Positions 11,575 through 23,414 of a DNA stretch of 64,000 bases are shown here, piece after piece. Position numbers and translations under genes: made by a program. Position 1 is the first letter of the stretch. Each line of letters starts with the position of its first letter. The DNA comes from Planktothrix sp. GU0601_MAG3. GTDB lineage: Bacteria > Cyanobacteriota > Cyanobacteriia > Cyanobacteriales > Microcoleaceae. Below the pieces are notes generated by a model. It saw only the letters and a program-made list of their open reading frames with translations. It had not been told where the DNA came from and searched no databases. The DNA lies in assembly GCA_035193785.1 (NCBI GenBank), contig CP136572.1, positions 3,508,578 to 3,572,577 on the forward strand. Reading direction: 5' to 3'.

Positions 11575-12417
11575 CTAATCTATGGTTTGTAATTTCATCT
11601 TTTTAAGAACCCGACTAGGAACTTTATCACTCTTAACAGGGTATCCATGATAACCACCAACATTATCAGGTTGAAATTCATAAAAATTACCATTTTTATA
11701 TCCATAATACTTTTTACCTTCAAACCAATCATTAATATAACTTTCATCTAAGACTTCTTGAGCTTCTATATCACTTAAATCCATTAATGTTCCTTTTATT
11801 CCTATTTCACCTTGCTGTCGATGTTTGGGACTGGGATCATATTTAAGTCGTAACTTTTGAGCTTGACTAATCGTAGTCAAATTATGAATTTTTATTGACT
11901 TATATTTTCCATCGGTGGTAAATATAACTTCAATATATTCACTTGAGAAATTAGGCTTTTGTGTTGGTAAACTAATAATTTTGTCAATTTTAATTATATT
12001 GTTATTTTCAGATTGATGAAAATAAACGAAACCTGCTAGAGAACTTTCGGAAATATCAATACGTTTTTTATTCAATTCTTGTTGAATAAAAAAGCATTTG
12101 AAAAATTTATTATATTCTCCCAGATTTTTACTCATTTCTTTATCTATAAAAGGGCCTTTCCTAGTTTTATCTAAAAATATCTTGACTTTATTATTTTTAG
12201 GATCTAACTTTATTTTGTTAAGTAACCATTGTTGCACTGTTAAATTTTCCGAGATTTTACAAGCATAAAAATTACTATGTATTCTAATTGTAATTCCTTT
12301 ATAAATATGATCAAGTGCTTCGATGATTCCAAATAGAACACTCATCAGGTTGTCTGCTTCATCATAAATATTTTCAGCTTGTCCAATGAATGAAAGCTCA
12401 TTAATCACGACATACAT
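11575..12417 (-). CDS. Putative nuclease effector of DUF262/ATPase defence locus (Menshen NsnC-like position)
   Basis: AT-rich, overlaps upstream ATPase; C-terminal SPKH...YEF..DN..YHGYP resembling BECR-type RNase toxins. Confidence 0.55.
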   Translation of the reverse strand: MYVVINELSFIGQAENIYDEADNLMSVLFGIIEALDHIYKGITIRIHSNFYACKISENLTVQQWLLNKIKLDPKNNKVKIFLDKTRKGPFIDKEMSKNLGEYNKFFKCFFIQQELNKKRIDISESSLAGFVYFHQSENNNIIKIDKIISLPTQKPNFSSEYIEVIFTTDGKYKSIKIHNLTTISQAQKLRLKYDPSPKHRQQGEIGIKGTLMDLSDIEAQEVLDESYINDWFEGKKYYGYKNGNFYEFQPDNVGGYHGYPVKSDKVPSRVLKKMKLQTID

Positions 12418-13515
12418 TATAAGTTAGCTCCATTAAGTCATTTTCACGTTGATCAAAGAAACCCTTCAGGCCATTCGTCAATCCGCCCATCTTCATCAAT
12501 GTTAGGAGATATTATTTCTGTTGCCATCTTTTCGTTTCTTTGTTCACGTTGAAAATAGTGAATTTGCACATCTTTATAATTAATTTCACTACGCTTAACA
12601 GCCAAACAAATCCCATTTAACACATGATCGCTATGGGTTTCTACAACAACTTGAATCCCACAACTAGCTGCAATTCCTAACAGTTCACCAATATGAGATT
12701 GTCCTTTAGGATGCAGATGAGATTCTGGATTTTCAATAAGAATTAAAGTTTCGGGTTTCAGCAGCCAAAATAGCAACTAAAATGGGTAAAGTGTAGGTGA
12801 CTCCAAAACCCACATTAAAGGGACTATAATCTCTACTTTTTTTAAAAGAATATTTAAGTCTTACACGCTGGGTTTGTAAGTTTGGTTCAGTATTAATTAA
12901 AATTCCAGGGCTTATTTCTCCCATCCAAGCATCAACTTGATCTTTTAAACTAATTGATTTTGCTTTGGGATGACTTAATTTTTCATTGTGAATATCTTTA
13001 TTTCCAAAAGCATCTAAAAAATGAGTTGCATACTCTCCATTTATTCCAAGTTGTTTTCTTTGAATTACATCAGACTCTGACATTAGGTATGATATTTGAG
13101 GCCCAATTCGTTCGGCTTTTAAGTAATAAAAATTATCCTGAAAAATGCTAGATTGATAAATTTTAGGCTCAACTTTCTCTGATACCACTTTTAAAATATC
13201 TAATTCTTTAGAAGAACTAAAGCACCATATTCCTTTCTGTTCATTTTCTAAATCTATTTCAAATCCAATTAATTCATCTTCTGCATACTCAAAAAGTGCG
13301 TCTTGTCCTGTACCAATATATACTTGTTCATCATTTAAAATTAAACCCTTGTTAGGAAGCAAGTCTCTTTGATATGAACGACGTAACAGCATCAACGCTT
13401 GTAAAACAGAAGATTTTCCTGTACTATTCAAACCGGATAATAAGGTCAAAGATTTAAAAGGGATGTCTTGATCTTGAAAAGATTTAAAATTGATTAGCCG
13501 TAAATTTTTAATCAT
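12401..13515 (-). CDS. ABC/AAA ATPase with C-terminal DUF3696 (apparent frameshifts at ~12755 and ~12458)
   Basis: NFKSF, GLNSTGKS Walker A, AERIGP, NVGFGV signature, LIENPESHLHP, VETHSDH, IDEWPEGFFDQ. Confidence 0.88.
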
Positions 13516-14591
13516 TTCAAAACTTCCTTAATAATTATTTCAATATGGGCTAAACGTTTTTTGACACTTTCTTTATTTCCTGTACTTCTATAAATTATAG
13601 CATCAAATTCACCGTTTTTTTTTCTATTCAAAAGATTATGATATAAATTATTTTTACGATCATCTAAAAATTGTATAGCATGATCATCTAATCGATCTAA
13701 GTTAACAGACCAAGCCTCAAATAGAGCTTTATTGATAGGATACCGTCTTTTACGCTCAGGTGACTTGGGTTTACGAAAAGCATCTTTACCGAATATTTTA
13801 AAAGCTGCATCCATCGCTCGTTCAAAACGCTGTCTTAATGATTCAATTTCTGGCTCACTCATTTGGTTTATCTGAGCCATTTTGTCATTTAAAAAAACAT
13901 CATAATCTTTAAAATTATATTCAAAAGCATGACTATCAGTTAAAGCTAAAAATCTCAAAATACACTCCTGAGCCAACATTCTTTCATCTTTTAAACTTTT
14001 ATCAGTAGCGTTTTTAAAAGGCTTTGATTTTGTTAGATATTTTAATAAATTTGTCGCTTGACCTTGATTTTTCGCATAACGTATTTCCTGTGATGATAAA
14101 GGAAGACCACCTAGATTAATTCGCTTATATAAGCTAAAAATAACATCTTTAGATGTTCCTCTTAAGATTAAAAATATAGTTAATTCTGTTTCTCTAATTC
14201 GTCGCCTTAAATAATTAGGAATATCAGAAGATTTGGCTCCATTAAGCTGTTCTAAAAATTCCAAATGTTTTAATTCTAAGGTTTCTTCTATTAAAAATTC
14301 TTTAAAAGTTGTTAACCGTTGTATTCCATCGATAACAAACCATTCTTCTTCATTTGTTGCATCAATATAGAAAGCTGGAATTGGAAAACGAATTAAAACA
14401 GATTCGATTAATCTACTTTTAGCTACTTGAGTCCAAATTCCTTTATTTCTTTGAAACTCTGGAGCTAAATTCAGTTGATTATTTTCCAATCTCGTTAGAA
14501 GTTGCTGAACCGTCATGGGTCTAGTTGAAACACTAATAGAATCAGGATCAAAAAACTCTGAAATTGTTAGTTCATCATTGTTAAATAACAT
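13512..14591 (-). CDS. DUF262 (ParB-like/GmrS) domain protein
   Basis: PEFQR, SRLIES, PIP, VIDGIQRLTT, RIN.GG.PLS.QEIR motifs. Confidence 0.9.
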   Translation of the reverse strand: MLFNNDELTISEFFDPDSISVSTRPMTVQQLLTRLENNQLNLAPEFQRNKGIWTQVAKSRLIESVLIRFPIPAFYIDATNEEEWFVIDGIQRLTTFKEFLIEETLELKHLEFLEQLNGAKSSDIPNYLRRRIRETELTIFLILRGTSKDVIFSLYKRINLGGLPLSSQEIRYAKNQGQATNLLKYLTKSKPFKNATDKSLKDERMLAQECILRFLALTDSHAFEYNFKDYDVFLNDKMAQINQMSEPEIESLRQRFERAMDAAFKIFGKDAFRKPKSPERKRRYPINKALFEAWSVNLDRLDDHAIQFLDDRKNNLYHNLLNRKKNGEFDAIIYRSTGNKESVKKRLAHIEIIIKEVLK

Positions 14592-14611
14592 AATAATAAA
14601 CAAAAATTAAA

Positions 14612-14836
14612 TTATAATAGATTCTTAAATTCGTCTTTTGTTAACTGACAATCACGCAAAATCTGAGAAAGCAATCCAGTTCCTATCGTTTCACCTGAGT
14701 GCACAGGTACAACAGTACGTCTACCATCAGGATGAATCATAATATAATGACTACCTTTCACCCTAGCAATAACAAAACCTATTTTTTGTAAAGCTTTTAT
14801 TACTTCACTTCCTGTCAAACTAGGTAGCTTACTCAT
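14612..14836 (-). CDS. hicA: HicA family toxin
   Basis: ALQKIGF...KGSH...TVVPVH...IGTGLLSQILR. Confidence 0.9.
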   Translation of the reverse strand: MSKLPSLTGSEVIKALQKIGFVIARVKGSHYIMIHPDGRRTVVPVHSGETIGTGLLSQILRDCQLTKDEFKNLL

Positions 14837-15049
14837 ACTTCCACCGAAACTTTTTGAATACCAATAAACTCTAATGATTCATTTTCAGAATTTTCAAACT
14901 CTAGGCAAAGTTCTATCGCCTCTTGAATCCGTTGCATAAGCTCATCAAGGGATTTCGCTTGTGTATGACAACCTTTTAAAGTAGGAAACTGAAGCCACAA
15001 AATAACCATCAGAATCTTTCTCAATCAGTACATTAAATTCTTTAATCAT
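14833..15049 (-). CDS. hicB: HicB family antitoxin (apparent frameshift at ~14985)
   Basis: MIKEFNVLIEKDSDGYFVASVPTLKGCHTQAKSLDELMQRIQEAIEL after repair; 4 bp overlap with hicA. Confidence 0.88.
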
Positions 15050-15072
15050 TTTCTAACCTCTAGTAAACCAAA

Positions 15073-15100
15073 ATAGGAGCAAGTCTTACCTTGCCCCTAT
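15073..15100. terminator. Hairpin downstream of chlN
   Basis: ATAGGAGCAAG...CTTGCCCCTAT inverted repeat. Confidence 0.45.
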
Positions 15101-15132
15101 AATCATAGATTGATTTCAGCTAATTTTGTTAA

Positions 15133-16551
<1,419 letters not shown>

Positions 16552-16739
16552 TTAATCGGATGTTTGTTAATCAAAATTTGACAGAATTTGTCCGCGACGT
16601 GAGCATCGCCCCTTCAGGGGTGGGAGTGTCAAAAGACTATCTATGACTTTGAATCGTGCAGATTCAAAGTCCAAACCCGATTAAGGATTAGGAAACTAAG
16701 TCGGGAAATTATTTAAAATCCGACAGGGAAATTTCATCA

Positions 16740-18432
16740 TCATCTGAAGAAACCGGTTAACCCTTCGATATCGATATCATCCATATCTCCCGTGGTTAAA
16801 TCCCCCATATCGTCGAGATTAAACTCCCCTAAATCATCATCTCCTAATCCCAAATCATCTAAATTCCCTCCAGTATCGAAACCTAAGCCATCGGAGGAAC
16901 TGTCTTCTAACTCGAAATCACCGAGATCATCATCCAGACCGGAATCCGTATCTCCTAATTCCAACCCTCCGATCTCGTCTGAACCGAGGTCGTCTGCTTC
17001 TAACCCAAAATCATCCATCCCCCCTAAACCGATGTCATCGGAGGAGTCTAAACCCAGATCGAGCTCATTAGTCGAATCATGATCTTCGCCCAGTTCGGTC
17101 TGAACCTCATCTCCCCAGATATCGGATTCGGTATTGATGTCCAATTCCGCCGATGCTGTTTCTGACTCTAGCCCAAAATCCAGATCATCGGATTCGAGTT
17201 CGTCGGATTCCAAGCTCATATCCAAATCATCGGATTCCAGTTCGTCGGATTCCAAACCCATATCCAAATCATCGGATTCGAGTTCGTCGGATTCCAAACC
17301 CATATCCAAATCATCGGATTCGAGTTCGTCGGATTCCAAACTCATATCCAAATCATCGGATTCCAGTTCGTCGGATTCCAAACTCATATCCAAATCATCG
17401 GATTCCAGTTCATCGGACTCCAAACCCATATCCAAATCATCGGATTCCAGTTCATCGGACTCCAAACCCATATCCAAATCATCGGATTCCAGTTCATCGG
17501 ATTCCAAACCCATATCCAAATCATCGGATTCCAGTTCATCGGATTCCAAACCCATATCCAAATCATCGGATTCGAGTTCATCGGATTCCAAGCTCATATC
17601 CAAATCATCGGATTCGAGTTCATCGGATTCGAGTTCATCGGATTCCAAACCCATATCCAAATCATCGGATTCCAGTTCGTCGGACTCAAAGCCCATGTCT
17701 AGGTCATCAGTCCCCAGAGATTCCGATTCATCCTCCAACTCCAGATCAAAGTCTTCCTGGGCTGCGGTAGTGGCCTCTGTGTCGATATCTAAATCCAGAT
17801 CCTCACCGATATCCGTATCCAGATCCCCCATGCCCAAATCATCATCAGTGGTGATTTCTTCTTCTTCGAGATCGAGACCGAATTCATCCTGGGTTTCCTC
17901 CATCACCGCAGCCCCACCCACAACCGCAGCCACCCCCGCAGCGACGGCCACAGCACCCGCAACATGGAGTTTTTGTGCCGGGGTGATGTCCCCATCTAAA
18001 CCCCCCATTTCTGGAGGTGCCGGAGGATGATATCCAGGGACAGCCTGAGCTACGGAAGTAGGTATTTCTGGTGAGGGGGAGTAACCCGGGGCAACGGGAA
18101 CAGAAGTTGGGGCTTGAAACCACAACGGTTGCAGGCTGTTCTGATGTAGACCTAACCCCCAACGCCAAATCCGGGTCAAAATGTAGCCCCAACACCTCAA
18201 TCAGTTTTTCGGGATCGGGATTCAGCTTGGAAAAGGGCAACATCAGTTGGGCTGCCTCGGGGTCAAGGGCGTTGATCGTTCCCAAAATGAGGGATGAGGC
18301 AGGTCTTCGACCTCCATCTGGGGTCGGTATTGAATTCAAATCCATTTGCAGTACCAGCCATTCCCGATTGGCTTGGTAATATTGCAACCACTTATCTTTA
18401 AGTGCGGTGGAAAAGTCTTTGAAGAAAGCCAT
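16740..18432 (-). CDS. DUF5331-like protein with very long acidic repeat tail (apparent frameshift at ~18116)
   Basis: N-terminal LKDKWLQYYQANR...RRP...LGLHFDP joins downstream ORF (VVVQAPTSVP...) after removing one base; located between chlL and chlN. Confidence 0.8.
17167..17708 (-). repeat. Coding tandem repeat, 42 bp unit (DELESDDLDM[G/S]LES) x ~12-13
   Basis: TCCAAATCATCGGATTC[C/G]AGTTC[G/A]TCGGATTCCAAACCCATA repeated; one 15 bp extra unit. Confidence 0.95.
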
Positions 18433-18468
18433 AACCTCTATATCCTCATCCTGAGATAGCTAGACATA

Positions 18469-19335
18469 TTAAACCATCATCAGGTCTAGCTCTGGATCGT
18501 GACTTTGAACAAGGGGTTGAATCGGATTCAGATAAAAATCTGATAACAACGAGAATAATTCCCGATCTGGGGTATCTTGGGGGACGACCCCTTCGGGTTG
18601 GGATAATAGTTGGTCGGCAATATTTAGGTAGTAGTCACAGACATAGTTGAGGGAGGGATCGGTTTCGGCCATCTCAAATAGGGTTTTTCCTTTCACCCGA
18701 GATACCCGAATATCTTCGATTAATGGCAACACTTCTAACACGGGCATGGGAACGGTTTCAATATATTTTTCAATCAAATCCCGTTTGGAGGTGCGGTTGC
18801 CAATTAAACCCGCTAACCGTAGGGGGTGAGTCCGGGCTTTTTCGCGTACCGAAGCGGCGATGCGGTTGGCTGCAAATAGGGCATCAAAACCGTTATCGGT
18901 AACAATTACGCAATAGTCGGCATAGTTGAGGGGGGCGGCAAAACCACCGCAAACCACGTCCCCTAAGACATCAAACAGGATGATATCGTATTCGTCAAAG
19001 GCGTTGAGTTCTTTCAGGAGTTTGACGGTTTCTCCCACCACATAACCGCCACATCCTGCACCCGCCGGAGGGCCCCCCGCTTCGACGCAATCAACCCCGG
19101 CATAGCCTTTATAAATGACATCTTCTGGCCAAATATCTTCGTAATGAAAGTCTTTTTCCTGCAAGGTATCAATAATCGTGGGAATTAAAAACCCGGTGAG
19201 GGTAAAGGTGCTGTCATGTTTGGGATCACAGCCAATTTGCAGGACTTTTTTACCCCGTTTGGCTAAAGCGGCAGAAATATTACAGCTTGTGGTTGATTTA
19301 CCGATTCCGCCTTTACCGTAGACTGCTAATTTCAC
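18469..19335 (-). CDS. chlL: Light-independent protochlorophyllide reductase Fe protein
   Basis: [37 protein letters not shown]. Confidence 0.97.
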   Translation of the reverse strand: MKLAVYGKGGIGKSTTSCNISAALAKRGKKVLQIGCDPKHDSTFTLTGFLIPTIIDTLQEKDFHYEDIWPEDVIYKGYAGVDCVEAGGPPAGAGCGGYVVGETVKLLKELNAFDEYDIILFDVLGDVVCGGFAAPLNYADYCVIVTDNGFDALFAANRIAASVREKARTHPLRLAGLIGNRTSKRDLIEKYIETVPMPVLEVLPLIEDIRVSRVKGKTLFEMAETDPSLNYVCDYYLNIADQLLSQPEGVVPQDTPDRELFSLLSDFYLNPIQPLVQSHDPELDLMMV

Positions 19336-19383
19336 GATTTTTTCTCCTTGTCGGTTTTGATTAAAAACTGTTGACTGTTGGCC

Positions 19384-19553
19384 GTTAACGGGCGGGTTTA
19401 CCTGGTTTGGGGTTAATCAGCAAAGATGGACTGGCTGTTAACGGGCGGGTTTACCTGGTTTGGGGTTAATCGGCAAAAATGGACTGGCTGTTAACGGGCG
19501 GGTTTACCTGGTTTGGGGTTAATCGGCAAAAATGGAGTTGAACCCGCCCCTAC
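19384..19553. repeat. 53 bp tandem repeat x3 derived from a REP arm, closed by AACCCGCCCCTAC
   Basis: GTTAACGGGCGGGTTTACCTGGTTTGGGGTTAATC.GCAAA.ATGGA at 19384, 19437, 19490. Confidence 0.9.
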
Positions 19554-20187
19554 TGCTATGGCAGTGCTTTTCTTGATTCGATACAGCCATTATTGTCTAA
19601 CTGCCCCAGAAAGGAAAGGGGTGATTTTAATGGATATAGCTATAAATTCAAGATTTATTGCTTATTAATAGTTAATTTCGATTATATCAAATCAGAATCA
19701 ATTTTAAGCGTCAAAATAAAATATTATTGTTTTTTACAATACTTTTTATATAAAAATAGTTACAATAAGCAAAAAATAAAAAATAGATGGAATTCAAATG
19801 TCCAAAAATTACCATCATTATTACCCCCAATCGGGCATCAGTCATCAGTTAAAGAGTGATCATTGACTCCGGCATCCCATCGTAATTCAGGAATTTTTGG
19901 CCAAGGGGACTAGGCAATTTTACTGATTATTTACCCTAAAAATTCCTGGATCAAAACTAACCCGGTTAAATGTTAATTTTTGCAAAATTTCAGATCAAAA
20001 TTAAGAAACTGGGTTTTTGGGGCGTATCTCAAGGGAATAGGCAATAGGGAATAGGCAATAGTTGTCGCTTATGTTCCAGCTATTTCCGGTTGTCATGCTT
20101 GGGGAAAAAGTTCAGAAGCGGCTTAATCAAAATTCGTCTTTTAACGCATAAATGATAAATGATCACTCTTTCACTGATATATAACTG

Positions 20188-20215
20188 GTAGAGACGTGCC
20201 ATGGCGCGTCTCTAC
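20188..20215. repeat. GTAG-type REP palindrome
   Basis: GTAGAGACGTGCCATGGCGCGTCTCTAC; second copy at 29504-29531. Confidence 0.8.
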
Positions 20216-20227
20216 ACTGATAACTGA

Positions 20228-22220
20228 TTAAGGTGTATAAGTCACGCTAAAATAAATCCCATCATCTTGAATATTATTACCCCGATCGCTAATACTAATT
20301 AAGGGAATCCCATAGTCTAGGCGAAGATTTAAGCCGTTAACAGGTTGCCAAATTAATCCTAGTCCTGCACCTGCTAAAAAGGTTTTGCCGATAATTTGGT
20401 TAGGGTTGCGGTCATGGTTCCACACCCCACCAAAATCGAGAAAGGGAGCGAGTTGAAACACAGGTTCGGAGTCTTGATTGCGATCGAGGGTAATCCGATC
20501 TTCAAAGGAAATCCGAAAGCCATTATCCCCGGCCCGCACGTTTTGACGATAACCACGGAGGGAGAGGGCGCCACCTATGACAAATTGTTGTGAGGGAAAT
20601 AGGGGGTCGGCTGATAGTTGAATATCTCCTTGGGCAATCAGTAGGTTATTTTCCCCTAAACGTTGTACCCGTTGAACTTGACCTAACCAACTTAAAAACG
20701 CTGCATTGGGGGTACTGACGTCCGTGGCGCCGAGGATATCTAAACCCAGACTAAATTGCGATCGCAAAGCCCAAGCCCCTCCCGTATCTCGAATCAGATA
20801 ATCCTGTCCAAATTTCAGCACACTGGTGCGGGTGTACCCGTTACTATCAGGGCCGGAGGCAAAGGGTTCTCCGTTATTATCTAAAAGAGTTTGACTATCT
20901 TGGTAAGCAAAGCCAAAGGATAGGGCAAATTCCGAGATTGGGTTTCGGATCAGTGGCTGACGATAACTAATTTCGTAACGTTGGGATTTCCCTTCAATAT
21001 TCAGGGCGTTGAATGGCTCTTGAGTAATCCGATTTTGGTAAGGTTGAACTCTCAGTTGTATGGTTCCGTTCATGGGGTTAATCGGAATACTATACAAAGC
21101 GTCGATAATATCTGAATCCCCATTGGCAATCAGGCGAGTAGTATTATAAGACAGTCCCAGGAAGTCCCCGCGACCCGTGAGGTTCAGATGACGCACACTA
21201 ATCCCCATGCGTTCAGAAACCGATGCTGGGGGGCGAATAGTTATCCACATTCAAACTAACCCCAAAGGGGGGTGCTTCTACGACCCGCACAATTAAAATA
21301 CTCTGACCTTCTTGGGTTCCCGCCCTTAAACTGGCTTCTACGGTTTCAAAGATGGGGTTAATTCTTAATAGTCGCAATTGGTCTTCTAGGGCGGCCGTAC
21401 TGAGGGGTTTAGCGGCTCCTAAACGAATCCTTCGGGTGATATAGGAGGGATGGAGGCGTTTGATTCCTTCCACCTCGATATTTTCTAGGGTTCCTTCAAT
21501 TACCTGAATCTCGACAATGCCATTATTAATGGTTTGTTCAGGAACAATGGCTCTGGAGGTAATGTAACCCCGTTCTAAATAAATAGCTGTAATTTTATCG
21601 GCTAGTTCTCGGAGTAGTGCGAGGGTAACGGAGCGATTTTCTAGGGGTTTAACTAAGGTTTGAATTTCCTCTGAAGTGAGAATAGTGCTACCCGTTACCT
21701 TAATCCGTTGAACCGGAATCGGGGTTTCATCCGTTGATGGGGTAGGGGCGGGGGTCGGGGTGGGGGTTAATTCAGGAGTGGGCGGGGGTTCGGGTTTCGG
21801 GGGAATCGGAGGTCGGGGTAAAAAGCGATCTCTGTTGGGATCGGGTTGGGGCACCTGGGGGGGAATATTAATCGGTGCGGCTTGTGCTAAAGTGGGACAA
21901 TTCACAAAATCACAGGACTCTCCCGAAACCGCTTGTCTGGGGAAATCCGCCAAGTTCAGGGTTTGTAGGGGAGGAATTGGGGGAATGTCAGCGAGTTCCG
22001 AGGGTGTTATGGCGGTCGGGGAAAGGAATGGGATTGATTTGACCACTGGAACCTGCTGATCGGGGGTCAGGGGTTCGAGGGTTTCCGTTCCAGGGGAGAT
22101 GAGGGTTGGAGATTCTTGAGAAAGACCTTGACGAGAAAACAGGGATACAACCAGCAATAGGGTACTGGTAAATATCACACCACCGTGACAAAATTTTGTA
22201 AAATTTTCACTCCTACCCAT
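20228..22220 (-). CDS. ShlB/FhaC/HecB (TpsB) outer-membrane transporter (apparent frameshift at ~21216)
   Basis: POTRA (YLERGYITSRA), DNYSPPSIG, VRGY-like LRGYRQN, LRLDYGIP, aromatic C-terminal strand. Confidence 0.88.
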
Positions 22221-22318
22221 AGAATGTCTATTTTTCCATCAGTTATCATTCAACAGTAATCAGTAATCAGTAATCAGTCAATTTTGACATCCGCCCCGAC
22301 GTGAACGCACGGGGATTA

Positions 22319-23206
22319 CTAATTGGTTTGAATTTTCAGAATAGGAGCATCAAGGATAGATTGAGCTTTTTCTTTTTCAATCTGATTTGGTTTTTGGGCT
22401 GGATCAAAGCCAATAGATTTTAATAGATCTTCCCACTTGTTTTCAAGGGATGAATTTCCAGAATCCTGCAATTTTAAGGTCGCCAAAGTTGATAGTGTTT
22501 CATACCAAAGTCCCTGTTTGGCATATATGTTTAAACGTTCTAGGGGATCTTGAGTTTGTCCTAATTGAAGTTTTTGATTAGGATTTAAAGCAACGGAATT
22601 AATCCAACCACTAACGAGAATATCATTAGAAGCATCACTACTGTTACATTTAAGTACCATATACCAACGATAATTTTTATCGTTTTGTAAAGTTACGGAT
22701 TTGGAGTTCTCAGGCCACTGAATTCCTACTATTCCAGGGCGATCGGTGCTCAGGGGAAATGTGGTTTTGTAAAGGGTTTTATCTGCTTCATCCGCAATCT
22801 CAAATTCTAATATCTTTTGCTCGACTATCCCTGGAATATAAAGAAAAAATGCGGGTTGACCGGATGCGGTGCGACCCATTGTAGACTCGGGAATTAACGC
22901 AGTCATCGAACTGGGACAACCAATGCCCCGAGTTCCGCCCCCTTCTCGACGCCCGGGTACTCCCCGTTCGGGTGGTGTAAAGGCATTCCAGTTGGTGAAC
23001 GGTGAATCACTGCTTGCGCCCGGTTGTTCAGGTTGCTGAACCCGTTCCCCATTGCCAAAATTAACCCGATTCTGTTCACCTCCCCGATTTTGAGGTAAGG
23101 AGGCTGAATGGGCAGCAGTCACAATTAAACTATTAGCAACCACGATTTGTAACAATAACGTTAGTCCAAGGGTTGCACGATGGAGGGAAAACATTGGCAT
23201 AGCCAT
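22319..23206 (-). CDS. DUF928 domain protein
   Basis: PGRREGGGTRG, ALIP, P.FFLYIP, Y.W, GLWYETL, WEDLLKSIG. Confidence 0.85.
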   Translation of the reverse strand: MAMPMFSLHRATLGLTLLLQIVVANSLIVTAAHSASLPQNRGGEQNRVNFGNGERVQQPEQPGASSDSPFTNWNAFTPPERGVPGRREGGGTRGIGCPSSMTALIPESTMGRTASGQPAFFLYIPGIVEQKILEFEIADEADKTLYKTTFPLSTDRPGIVGIQWPENSKSVTLQNDKNYRWYMVLKCNSSDASNDILVSGWINSVALNPNQKLQLGQTQDPLERLNIYAKQGLWYETLSTLATLKLQDSGNSSLENKWEDLLKSIGFDPAQKPNQIEKEKAQSILDAPILKIQTN

Positions 23207-23414
23207 AATTAATCACGCTTACCGATGGGCATAGATAGTAGCATTTATTGACATCACTATTGTATCTAATGTTCCTGCAAAATTTGTCAAAATCTGTGCT
23301 TAATCTTAAATGTTTGAGTCTAAATCAGATTTTAGGAAAATTTAGGCATTGTCGTCTATCTTAAGTCTGAACGTTGGCATCATTCGATCAATAAATATCC
23401 TGGTTTCATCTATA

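Noticed and set aside
17167..17708. CRISPR array
   Set aside because: Units are contiguous 42 bp coding repeats without unique spacers; no cas genes
16792..18379. Plus-strand Ser-rich and Pro/Arg-rich ORFs (16792, 17134, 17153, 18071)
   Set aside because: Antisense shadows of the acidic repeat gene
19384..19553. Mini CRISPR array (also 47163-47283 and 25437-26047)
   Set aside because: Inter-repeat sequences are near-identical rather than unique spacers; these are REP-type palindromes
19593..19859. 88 aa ORF upstream of chlL
   Set aside because: AT-rich promoter region, TTG start, no recognisable motif
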